NCBI GenBank assembly: GCA_020048915.1
Contig: JAIFLU010000230.1
Location: 12,697 to 76,696, forward strand
Origin: Bacteroidota bacterium
GTDB taxonomy: Bacteria; Bacteroidota; Bacteroidia; Bacteroidales; JAAUTT01
Direction of reading: 5' to 3'
DNA length: 64,000 nt
Each line of letters starts with the position of its first letter. The stretch's first letter is position 1. The position numbers and the translations under genes were made by a program. The notes under the pieces are model-generated. The model was not told the DNA's origin and did not search any database. It worked only from the letters and a program-made list of their open reading frames with translations. Positions 50,670 through 59,214 of the stretch are shown in pieces.

Positions 50670-51671
50670 TTATTCTTTGCTTTTAAATGCATCCACCCAA
50701 AATTGAATTGGATATTCTTTTGTCCCTTCTGCGAATTCAAGCGGTACCATGTGTCCGGCATTTTTTATAACCGTGTAATCATGTTTTATGCCCAACGAAT
50801 CGAGATAATCGCTAAAAATCCTGGTTATAAATTTACCCTTGTTGTTATAAAGCCAATCCTGGTCGCCAACAATAAGCCTCACTTTTACATTTTTCTTTAT
50901 CACCTCAACATTTTTCTTTGCATAGATCCTAGGATGAACTGCATTAAAATATTCAATAGATTTTTGGGAATCGGTTCCGGTAACAGGTCCAAATGTGTTG
51001 ACAAGGTATTGGGGATTGTGCTCGTCCTCAAAGTCAATCAACGCACCTGCAAGAGATGATGCGAACCCAAACAATTCGGGATATTTAAAAGCAAGTCTGG
51101 TTGCTCCAAAACCTCCCATTGACCAACCTTCTAATCCACGACCAGCTGGTTTACCGATGGTACGATAATGAGAATCGATATAGGGGACAAGGTTTTTTAT
51201 TAATACATCTTCAACAGGCCCGCTAATAACACCTTTTGCTCCAACATTGGCATTGCAATACCAGCCTATGGGCAATGCCTGCACACTCACAATTATTACA
51301 GGGGGCATCTTTTGAGCAGTTATGGCCTTGTCCATCAAATTCATCAGCCATACTCCTTCGTGTTGGTTTCCATTCCCACCATGCAAATAGTATATTACCG
51401 GGTAGCGTTTGGTGGTACCAGGGTATTCGTTCGGAAGATAAATCATAAAACTTCCCTGAGTATCTTTTCCTCTGGCCGGAGTTGGATAAAGCTGATAAGT
51501 TGCAAAAGCGGATGTTGACTTATCCGCTGAGACCCATGCTGTATCGGAATCCTGAATCCTTTCAGTCTTGTCCTGTGCTGCAACATGGTTAAAAATGATA
51601 ATCAGACAAGCAAAGGATACTATGCTTTTGAATTTTATCCCTGAGATACGATCAACTAGTATTTTTATCAT
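50670..51671 (-). CDS. esterase-family alpha/beta hydrolase, exported
   Basis: 333 aa with a signal/anchor, YPVIYYLHGGNGN and the nucleophile elbow GWSMGG. Confidence 0.8.
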   Translation of the reverse strand: MIKILVDRISGIKFKSIVSFACLIIIFNHVAAQDKTERIQDSDTAWVSADKSTSAFATYQLYPTPARGKDTQGSFMIYLPNEYPGTTKRYPVIYYLHGGNGNQHEGVWLMNLMDKAITAQKMPPVIIVSVQALPIGWYCNANVGAKGVISGPVEDVLIKNLVPYIDSHYRTIGKPAGRGLEGWSMGGFGATRLAFKYPELFGFASSLAGALIDFEDEHNPQYLVNTFGPVTGTDSQKSIEYFNAVHPRIYAKKNVEVIKKNVKVRLIVGDQDWLYNNKGKFITRIFSDYLDSLGIKHDYTVIKNAGHMVPLEFAEGTKEYPIQFWVDAFKSKE

Positions 51672-51829
51672 TTCTCTTTTATTAAAAGTTGTTTTTAATT
51701 TTATCTGATTTTACAGAATAAATTTACAGAAATTCTGCAGATCTGTGCCGAACAATCTGTATCAGTTCGTAAAATTGCTTATTAAATGTAAAAAATCGAT
51801 CTGCGAATAGCGGGAGTTCAATTTTTAAC

Positions 51830-52705
51830 TTAGAAAAAAGATTCTTCTTTTTTTGATAAAAAGTATATTCCTACAATCAACAAAAAGATCCCAAACATCT
51901 GCATACTGGTAACAATCTCTCCTAAAACTAAAAATCCCAACAAGGCAGCAAAGAACGGGGTAGATAGTTCTAAGGCTGAAACTTGGGCAGCTTTAATTCT
52001 TTTTAACCCCTCATAATATAAAATAGTGCCTGCCCCAACAATTATACCCACAAGAATCTGGTAAACATTGGATAAAACTATTGATGCAGTGAACAATAAA
52101 TAAACAATAAAAACGATTGAAGCCACGGAAAATCTGTAAAAAGTTAAAACCCCTGCATTTACATCTTTCAGATATTTTCTCAGAACAACAGCAGTTGTTG
52201 CCCAAGCCACTGTTGCCATAAGAACAAATAAATCTCCAGCAGTTCCCAATTTCAACATCAAAAGGTTTGAAAGTGTTTGGGTAGCCACTAAAAAACCGGC
52301 AATCACCATAATTAAAATCCCGATATAATCATATTTGGTAAGTCTATCTTCCTTGAGTATAAAGAAACCAATCAATATAATGAAGATGAGCTGCATATGA
52401 CCAATTAAAACTGCATTAACGACTGGAATTTTGGTTAATGAATAAAAAAATATCAAATCGGCAATAACAGTTCCTACAATACCAAGGTATATCAGTTTGG
52501 GGATTTGCTTTTTAGTGACCCTGAATTGAGATTTATTTGTAATGATAACATATATTGCAGCCGTTAAAGCCACAACTATTGCCCTAATGGCAGATGTTTG
52601 GAGAAAATCGGAATTTCTATAAGCAAGTTTCGCGAATATTGGCTCCAAAGCCCACGTTAAACTTGCTGCAAGGATTGCAATTACACCATTTTTTTTATTG
52701 TCCAT
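51830..52705 (-). CDS. DMT/EamA-family transporter
   Basis: 291 aa with 10 TM segments in a duplicated EamA arrangement. Confidence 0.8.
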   Translation of the reverse strand: MDNKKNGVIAILAASLTWALEPIFAKLAYRNSDFLQTSAIRAIVVALTAAIYVIITNKSQFRVTKKQIPKLIYLGIVGTVIADLIFFYSLTKIPVVNAVLIGHMQLIFIILIGFFILKEDRLTKYDYIGILIMVIAGFLVATQTLSNLLMLKLGTAGDLFVLMATVAWATTAVVLRKYLKDVNAGVLTFYRFSVASIVFIVYLLFTASIVLSNVYQILVGIIVGAGTILYYEGLKRIKAAQVSALELSTPFFAALLGFLVLGEIVTSMQMFGIFLLIVGIYFLSKKEESFF

Positions 52706-52732
52706 GTGTAATATAAAGTTGGAATTAATCTT

Positions 52733-52894
52733 AGAAACTGTTTAAATTTAAATTGAACCCACTTCGGGGTTCCAAATTTCTCGTTTAGTTTGCCTCCGGT
52801 TTTACCGGAGGTTATTCATATTAAATTGTTTGCTGAAAACCCTGAAGGAGTTAAATTTTTAAATACACTGGATAAATAAATTTAAACAGTTTCT
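52733..52894. repeat. composite palindromic element: 18-bp perfect terminal inverted repeat enclosing two GC-rich hairpins
   Basis: AGAAACTGTTTAAATTTA (52733-52750) is the exact reverse complement of 52877-52894. Inside are the hairpins GAACCC-ACTTCG-GGGTTC (52755-52772) and CCTCCGGT-TTT-ACCGGAGG (52793-52811). Confidence 0.75.
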
Positions 52895-53024
52895 TAGGTT
52901 ATAGGCGGTTCTTTGCGAATAGTTAATATTTGCAAAGCTAGGACATCAGTATCTGGGGATTTCATTATTGGACCTTTAACTTGAAATAATCTGTCCTGAA
53001 AGGTTGTATTGCCGTCGTGCTTTA

Positions 53025-53372
53025 TTATTCGTTGTCAATTATCTGGTCAATCTGAATTTTGTTCCCGGGTAAATAATTTGTCGCAACATCCCAAATAATC
53101 TCATAATCTACACCAAAATACTCATGTGAAATTCTGTTTCTGAGATAGTACATTTCTTTCCATGGAACATCCGGGTACTTTTCTTTTATTTTTTCGTCTA
53201 AGTTTTTTGATGCTTCTCCAATAACTTCAAAATTCCTAATTACTGCATCAACTGTTTTATAATCCCGTTTGAAATGTTCAAAATCATATCCTTCAATATA
53301 TTCAGCAATCCTACCCATTGCTATTTGAATATCTTCAAGGAACATATTGAAGGTACGGTCTTCCTTTCTCAC
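53025..53372 (-). CDS. hepT: HepT-family (DUF86) RNase toxin
   Basis: 115 aa with a GTG start 1 nt after the MNT stop. Has the Rx4HxY catalytic motif (RNRISHEY). Confidence 0.85.
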   Translation of the reverse strand: MRKEDRTFNMFLEDIQIAMGRIAEYIEGYDFEHFKRDYKTVDAVIRNFEVIGEASKNLDEKIKEKYPDVPWKEMYYLRNRISHEYFGVDYEIIWDVATNYLPGNKIQIDQIIDNE

Positions 53373-53373
53373 G

Positions 53374-53664
53374 TTACACGTATTTCACCTGTTTTAAAAT
53401 CCTATCTTTTATCTGTTCTTTTAGTGCATTTTTAGTCACTAAATCAATCTTTCGCCCAAAAATATTTTCTAGGTATATTTCTAAAGAAAAAAATTTCCAG
53501 CCAATCGGCTTTTCAAATTCAACAAGTAAATCGATATCACTATCTTCAGTGTTTGAATCATCTGAAAAGGAGCCAAATAATCCAATCTGCTTAACCGCGT
53601 AGTCTTTATACAAAATCGGTTTTAAGTCAGCTAACTTGTTCAATATGTCATTTCTGGTAATCAT
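53374..53664 (-). CDS. mntA: MNT-family nucleotidyltransferase antitoxin
   Basis: 96 aa. Minimal nucleotidyltransferase motif GLFGSFSDDSNTEDSDIDLLVEF. Confidence 0.85.
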   Translation of the reverse strand: MITRNDILNKLADLKPILYKDYAVKQIGLFGSFSDDSNTEDSDIDLLVEFEKPIGWKFFSLEIYLENIFGRKIDLVTKNALKEQIKDRILKQVKYV

Positions 53665-53740
53665 AAATTCAAAGATAGGTATTTTTAAATTACATGATAA
53701 TCTGTTTTTAGCAAGCGTTACAACAAGCTATTTTCTATAT

Positions 53741-53775
53741 CGATATTGCTATTTTGGTGCAAGGGGTGAATAGAA
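53741..53775. repeat. intergenic repeat, short copy C (shares an exact 15-mer with copy A)
   Basis: TATTGCTATTTTGGTGCAAGGGGTGAATAGA. CAAGGGGTGAATAGA (53760-53774) is identical to 54624-54638. Confidence 0.7.
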
Positions 53776-53779
53776 GATT

Positions 53780-54502
53780 TCAAATTAATCCAAAGCAAAT
53801 AGCTATAAAACTTGGTCCGTTTAATCCACCGTGCATTATTACTCCAACCCACGAATTTTTAGTTCGTTGAACAATGTACGACTGAATGAAAATCAGTGGT
53901 ATCAATGTAATTAACAATTGCCATCCAAAAGCAATATGAAATAGTCCCCAACCAAAGCCATGAATTAACCAGGCATGTTTCCCAAAAGCAACTTCTTGTC
54001 TTGGCAACATGACTCCCCGCCACAAAATTTCTTCTCCAAGTATATTCAAAATCCAATATGGAGCCCAAACAATAAGTAACCAATACCGACCTGCTGTTAA
54101 GGGTTCAAAGGACATAAATGCTGGCGAATGATCAAATTTACCTATCATAAACTCCAGACCTTTCATTATGATCATGCTAAAAATACCAACAAGGACTAAG
54201 CCTGCAAAACACCAAATCAGATCCGATTTTGTAATCTTTCGGAACCTCAACCTCTCCACCCATGTGCTTTTGGTTATTTTATATCCTTCATATTTTAGAA
54301 TCAGTATGGCAGTTATTAACAACGGTGCGAAAATTCCTAACCCTGCAACAATAAACCAAAAAAGTATTGTTTCCTGTCCTGTTACATTACTCAAATAAGG
54401 AATTAAATATTTTGTGAGGCAAAACATTAATATGGATGCCGGAATATAAATCGCAAAAGAACCAATGAAGCTAAGCTTTTTAACTGTTGTTTTAGTTTCC
54501 AT
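53780..54502 (-). CDS. CPBP-family intramembrane glutamic endopeptidase (CAAX/Abi family)
   Basis: 240 aa, polytopic. Motifs EEILWRG, FHIAF and HGGLN. Confidence 0.85.
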   Translation of the reverse strand: METKTTVKKLSFIGSFAIYIPASILMFCLTKYLIPYLSNVTGQETILFWFIVAGLGIFAPLLITAILILKYEGYKITKSTWVERLRFRKITKSDLIWCFAGLVLVGIFSMIIMKGLEFMIGKFDHSPAFMSFEPLTAGRYWLLIVWAPYWILNILGEEILWRGVMLPRQEVAFGKHAWLIHGFGWGLFHIAFGWQLLITLIPLIFIQSYIVQRTKNSWVGVIMHGGLNGPSFIAICFGLI

Positions 54503-54540
54503 ATTTCCATTATAAAAATTAATTCCCTTTGAATGAGGAT

Positions 54541-54668
54541 TTCACATACAGCACCCGGCATATGTGCAAAATTAATTCCACACGTTTGGGGCACTTTTCC
54601 AAATTGGTATTGCCGATTTTAACCAAGGGGTGAATAGATGCAAACCCTTTACAATCGGTAATTCCGCC
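54541..54668. repeat. intergenic repeat, long copy A
   Basis: The core 54584-54652 aligns with 57072-57141 at high identity. Shared exact blocks are CTTTTCCAAATTGG and GCCGATTTTAACCA. Weaker flanking similarity (TTCA..TACAG, ATTCCG). Confidence 0.75.
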
Positions 54669-54705
54669 AAAAAAAATTTATAGGTTGTTAGCGTTTCGTG
54701 CTTTT

Positions 54706-55896
54706 TCATTTATGTTTTGAAAGCTTATATACTTCACTAAATGTAGGTTCTTTCCCAGTAATAAGAATTGAAACACGGAAAATTTTTGCTGCGAGTTTTC
54801 GGAAAAAATAGAACGTCAGCAACAATAAAATAAAAGAGCCGGCCAGTTGCCAATATCCCACCTCTGTAATAGCCCAGCGCATGGGCATTGAGGTTGCAGA
54901 AGTAAGAGGAAACCACGAAAGAAATATTGACAAACTACTGTCGGGGTCACGTATTACCAAAAACGACGCTAATACAAAAAGCACTGGGAGCATCATTAGC
55001 GCACTCTTACCCGAATTATTCGGGTCGGTAATTATTGAAGCAATGGCAGCCAGTATTGCATTCCATATTAAAATACCTACAAGTGCAAATGGTAGGTATA
55101 ATAGTATGGATGGTAAGTATATATAATCGAGAATACTGGATGCGGGCAAATTGGTGAATTGAAAAATGAGCATCGCGCCGAGAATACTCATAATTGCATA
55201 GGTAAGCATGGATGTTATACCTATCAGGCTTATTCCAAATATTTTTCCATCCATCCATATTTGCGGACTAATGGCAGAAACAATTTGTTCGGTTATTTTT
55301 AACTGTTTTTCGCCGGTAATAGCAGTAAACTGATAAGCAAAACTAAGGAATACTGCCATAATCATAAGCCCTGCAAAAAAATAGGAAAGCACTACCCTTT
55401 TACTGGAATTATTGGTATAAACAAACGACTCAATTACAGGCGCAGGCGACAATATAGCCGTTAGTTCATCGGTACTTATCCCGATTTTTTGCATTTCGGT
55501 TTGTTTATGATATTCGGTTAAATGGGCTTTGAGTTTCTTAATATTGCCCGTGTTTTTATATGCATACACCACAAAATTACCGGAGCCTGATTCGAGTAAA
55601 ACGCCGTCTCCTTCTTTTTTCATGTGTTCGATAAATTTTCTCTTATCCTCTTTGGGCATCGTTTTTACAGCATAACTTGTGCTCATGAATTCGGTTAATT
55701 TAACATCCGTGTCGTTATACACAGTTATCTCCAGTTTTTTATCCGTCTCGGAAAATGCGTATTTGCCACCGAAGTAAAAAGCAACCGATGCTACAATCAT
55801 AATTACTATACCCAAAGCTTCATTTTTAGGTTTAAAAAAACGACCGAACTCCCAGCGTGTAACGATTACAACTTGCTTTAAATATTTCATAATCAT
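54706..55896 (-). CDS. ABC-2 type transporter permease
   Basis: 396 aa. An N-terminal TM segment, a large extracytoplasmic loop and five C-terminal TM segments. The start overlaps the ATPase gene stop (ATGA). Confidence 0.75.
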   Translation of the reverse strand: MIMKYLKQVVIVTRWEFGRFFKPKNEALGIVIMIVASVAFYFGGKYAFSETDKKLEITVYNDTDVKLTEFMSTSYAVKTMPKEDKRKFIEHMKKEGDGVLLESGSGNFVVYAYKNTGNIKKLKAHLTEYHKQTEMQKIGISTDELTAILSPAPVIESFVYTNNSSKRVVLSYFFAGLMIMAVFLSFAYQFTAITGEKQLKITEQIVSAISPQIWMDGKIFGISLIGITSMLTYAIMSILGAMLIFQFTNLPASSILDYIYLPSILLYLPFALVGILIWNAILAAIASIITDPNNSGKSALMMLPVLFVLASFLVIRDPDSSLSIFLSWFPLTSATSMPMRWAITEVGYWQLAGSFILLLLTFYFFRKLAAKIFRVSILITGKEPTFSEVYKLSKHK

Positions 55897-56825
55897 TGGT
55901 TCTTTATTAGTTGAAGGAAAATTTCATGAAGGTCGGGCTTGTGGCTTGTTATATCACAAATCCCTTCAATCTTAGTCAAATCATGCAACACATTTTTAAG
56001 GTCGGCTTTTTGCCTGAAAGTAATTTTTACACGTAAATCGTCGATACCATTTACACTTTCAACATCGTTTAAATTTCGAAAGGTAGTTTCATTAAAAGGC
56101 GACTCAAGTTGAAGTTCAATAATTATTTTTTCGCCAAACATTTGATATATACCGGATAAAGATCCGTTATAAACCTCACTTCCATTATTAATGAGGAAGA
56201 TTTTATTTGCCAGTTTTTCGACCAATGACATTTGATGTGCGCTCAAAAGAATGGTAGTACCCTGATTATTGATTTCTTTAATAAAATCGATAAATATTTC
56301 CTGGTTAATTGGATCTAAGCCCGAAAAAGGCTCGTCGAGGATAGCAAATTTGGGTTTATGAAGTATTGAAGCGATAAACTGAATTTTTTGTTGATTTCCT
56401 TTGGAAAGGACTTGTAGTTTTTCTTTTGCCCTATCGGCAAGTCCAAGTCTTTCTAACCACATCAATGCAGTTTTTTTTGCATCTGCTTTTTCCATTCCCC
56501 TTATGGTTGCAAGGTAAACCAACGAATTAAGTATAGGAATATCCAGATAAAGGCCTCTCTCTTCGGGCAAATAACCAATATGTGCAGCATCTGGTACCCT
56601 ATTTTGTTTTCCGTTCAGGTTCCATTCAATATTTCCGCTGTCGGGTTTAATAATATCGAGCAGCATTCGAAGTGTGGTGGTTTTACCGGCCCCATTTGGT
56701 CCCAGAAAAGCATAAATATCGCCTTGCTCTATAGCGAACGAGATATTATTTACAGCTTTTATATTTAAAAAGCCTTTACTTATTAAATCTACTTTAAGAA
56801 CTGTATTTTGCATTTGATCAATCAT
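55893..56825 (-). CDS. ABC transporter ATP-binding protein
   Basis: 310 aa. Walker A GPNGAGKTT, signature LSKGNQQK and Walker B ILDEPFSGLD. Confidence 0.9.
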   Translation of the reverse strand: MIDQMQNTVLKVDLISKGFLNIKAVNNISFAIEQGDIYAFLGPNGAGKTTTLRMLLDIIKPDSGNIEWNLNGKQNRVPDAAHIGYLPEERGLYLDIPILNSLVYLATIRGMEKADAKKTALMWLERLGLADRAKEKLQVLSKGNQQKIQFIASILHKPKFAILDEPFSGLDPINQEIFIDFIKEINNQGTTILLSAHQMSLVEKLANKIFLINNGSEVYNGSLSGIYQMFGEKIIIELQLESPFNETTFRNLNDVESVNGIDDLRVKITFRQKADLKNVLHDLTKIEGICDITSHKPDLHEIFLQLIKNQ

Positions 56826-57021
56826 TTTCTGTTGTTTTTCAGCATGGATGCTAACATATGTAAACCACTATTAATGCTATCTCTATTTAATAAGGGTCAT
56901 TCCAATTTCCAAAATGCTTGTGTATTCAATTTCCTGTTTGTTTTTTACAATACGTGGGTTACCCACTAACGAACCTCAACCAAACGGTTCTAAATTGATT
57001 AGCCCCCTATCAAAAGCTGGC

Positions 57022-57157
57022 TTTCATACAGTAATCAAGTATGGCTGCTGTTTCGTTGATAAATGTAACCGGTTTGGGGCGCTTTTCCAAATTGGGAACG
57101 CCGATTTTAACCAGGGGGGTGAATAAAAGCAAGCACTTTACTTCTGAGATTCCGACA
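57022..57157. repeat. intergenic repeat, long copy B
   Basis: See copy A. The core is 57072-57141 (GTTTGGGGCGCTTTTCCAAATTGGGAACGCCGATTTTAACCAGGGGGGTGAATAAAAGCAAGCACTTTAC). Confidence 0.75.
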
Positions 57158-57189
57158 ACCTAAAATTTAAGGATGGTGTGGCTAATAAT

Positions 57190-57627
57190 TTATAATTTAA
57201 TTACATCATAAATAGTTTTCCGCTTTTCTTGCGATCCAAGAATCTCCGTTTCTTCCCAAGTCATTTCAGCATCATTAATTAATTTGAACTTATACCTGAA
57301 ATCATAGTGTATTTTTGCATTGGATCCTGATTTTATTAACAAACTATCTGCACCAATTTGCTGCCAGGTCGAAATATCAAAATCATTTGGGTAATTCCAA
57401 TACATTAATAAAACAGAATTATTTTGAAATTCTATTTTTCGACTTTCAGGATACCTATCATTGCTAATAGTATCGTTACCCTTAAGAAGCAAAATTTGTT
57501 CATTTTTAATTTGCCACAATCCTAAAACATGGCTTTTATTGACATTTTCATCACTATCCTTTTTGCAACTAAAAAGAGCCAATGAAAAAATAATCAATAA
57601 AATCAAAGAAAAATTCAGTTTGGTCAT
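57190..57627 (-). CDS. small lipoprotein (hypothetical)
   Basis: 145 aa with the lipobox LALFSC. No recognisable family. Confidence 0.55.
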   Translation of the reverse strand: MTKLNFSLILLIIFSLALFSCKKDSDENVNKSHVLGLWQIKNEQILLLKGNDTISNDRYPESRKIEFQNNSVLLMYWNYPNDFDISTWQQIGADSLLIKSGSNAKIHYDFRYKFKLINDAEMTWEETEILGSQEKRKTIYDVIKL

Positions 57628-57668
57628 ATCAATTTATTTAAATTACTTTGGCACAAATATTTATATAA

Positions 57669-57799
57669 GGGCATCTCTAAAAATTCGAATTTTTGATTGC
57701 TTTTTATAAGAATCATACTTCGACTTCGCTCAGTATGACCATGTTATGTCACATTGAGCGGAGTCGAAATGTGTTTAAAATGAGTTATTAGAGATGCCC
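57669..57799. repeat. nested palindromic REP/MITE-like element downstream of hsdS
   Basis: Outer 12-bp perfect inverted repeat GGGCATCTCTAA (57669-57680) / TTAGAGATGCCC (57788-57799). Inner palindrome AAAAATTCGAATTTTT. A 14-bp hairpin spans 57719-57732 and 57755-57768 (TTCGACTTCGCTCA ... TGAGCGGAGTCGAA). Confidence 0.75.
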
Positions 57800-57840
57800 A
57801 TAAGAGTACCGGTATTGGCTAAACTATTACGTTACCCGGG

Positions 57841-59214
57841 CTACGGTTTTAGTTTCTTGCCTTTCGTTGAACCCTGAACCTGCCGAAGGGTTGTTTTCTC
57901 CGCCTTAATCCTTTCTAACAATACACTTGCCGGTTCGTCGGCTGGGTCTTGAGCCACCAACTCGCCCCGAAATGCTTTTGCTAAAATGCTTTGGGGTAAT
58001 TTATCCAACATGGCTTTGGCTTTGGTGTAACGGGCTTCAATTTTATCGGCAAAGGCAAAAAGTTGTTCTACTTGTTTTACTATTTTCTTCTGTTTTTCAA
58101 GAGATGGTAGCGGAAAAGGAATATTTTTAACAATATTCAAATTCAAATTACTCATTGTACTTCCTTTAGCTTCGCCTTCTAAAAAAGCCTTTGTATTTGA
58201 GTTACTTAAAACCCAATACAAATATTGAGGATTAATTTTTTTAAGATTCGGGCGGAAAAACAAACTCCCAGTTCCGCATAACCAACCGTTTTCTTTTTCA
58301 CCTACTAATGCACACCTTGCCATTTCGCCTCTTCGACCCATAATAACATCCCCAGTTATTAGATGGTAATTTGGGAGTTCTTTGAATTTTGTTTTTGTAA
58401 TAGTTAAATCCATATCGGGAATGATTTCACCGCCTTGAATGTGTGTTGGATTTATTAATGGAATACCATTTGAAATGTATTCATGTCGGTGTAACTGTGT
58501 GCCAAAAGGACCAATTTGAATTTCTATGCAAACATTCCTTGTGAATTCTTCTGCGCCATCATTGCTAACAGCAGCCGCCAAAACCGATTGCCTAAAGCGT
58601 TTGAGCAGTTTAGGTATTTTATCTAAGCGTTGTTTGTTGCTTTCTACTTTTTGCATTACTGCATCTAATTTGGCTACAATGCGGTGTTGCTCGGGAAGAG
58701 GGGGGATTGGAATAAATGTTTTCGAAATAAAGTCCGGCACATTTAAGTTCCTTAAATTGGTTGTTTGAGTTTGAAAATCATTGAAATACCCTTTTGAGTA
58801 AGCATAACTTAAGAAATACTCAACATAAAAAGGATTTGAATTCTTTGATATACGAATTTGACGAAAGAAATTTGAACATAAAATAGGAACGTCAACTTCT
58901 AGTGTTATTTCATCAATAATTACTGTTCTACCAACAGGTTGATCAGGCCCACCACCTGAAACCTCAACAACAATATCTCCTAATTCTAATTTCCTTTTTT
59001 CGAGACTGCTCTTTTTAACAAAACGATATGGCGCTTTTTTGGCTCTTTGTTCCTTCCAGTTCTTATAATCGGTTCCTCTGATAACTTTTACTTTCTCAAA
59101 TTCAGCAGGAATTAATTCAAGAATGTCAATTCCCCAGTCACCACCTAAAATATGAACAATTAAGTCTTCCAGTGATACCTTTTCCCAACCCTTTTTAAAA
59201 TTATTCTCCATCAC
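57841..59214 (-). CDS. hsdS: type I restriction-modification specificity subunit HsdS
   Basis: 457 aa. Two target-recognition halves are separated by conserved helices (LPEQHRIVAKLDAVMQKVE; LEKQKKIVKQVEQLFAFADKIE...AKAFRGELV). Confidence 0.85.
   Translation of the reverse strand: MMENNFKKGWEKVSLEDLIVHILGGDWGIDILELIPAEFEKVKVIRGTDYKNWKEQRAKKAPYRFVKKSSLEKRKLELGDIVVEVSGGGPDQPVGRTVIIDEITLEVDVPILCSNFFRQIRISKNSNPFYVEYFLSYAYSKGYFNDFQTQTTNLRNLNVPDFISKTFIPIPPLPEQHRIVAKLDAVMQKVESNKQRLDKIPKLLKRFRQSVLAAAVSNDGAEEFTRNVCIEIQIGPFGTQLHRHEYISNGIPLINPTHIQGGEIIPDMDLTITKTKFKELPNYHLITGDVIMGRRGEMARCALVGEKENGWLCGTGSLFFRPNLKKINPQYLYWVLSNSNTKAFLEGEAKGSTMSNLNLNIVKNIPFPLPSLEKQKKIVKQVEQLFAFADKIEARYTKAKAMLDKLPQSILAKAFRGELVAQDPADEPASVLLERIKAEKTTLRQVQGSTKGKKLKP

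Noticed and set aside
54584-54665. Riboswitch or structured leader RNA formed by repeat copy A.
   Set aside because: The candidate stems in copy A lack counterparts or compensatory changes in copy B, and no known riboswitch core motif is recognisable. With only two long copies, structure cannot be supported.
56914-57126. 70-aa + strand ORF covering repeat copy B (ends ...FGALFQIGNADFNQGGE).
   Set aside because: The equivalent frame in copy A is closed by a stop just upstream and diverges after a 1-nt indel. The apparent peptide conservation is therefore nucleotide conservation of a non-coding repeat.
53741-57157. Idea that the repeat copies A, B and C are integron attC sites and the minus-strand units are gene cassettes (a CALIN).
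   Set aside because: I found no RYYYAAC / GTTRRRY core pair in the right positions. The 10-bp stem that forms in copy A (ATTGCCGATT / AATCGGTAAT) is not conserved in copy B. No intI gene is in the window.
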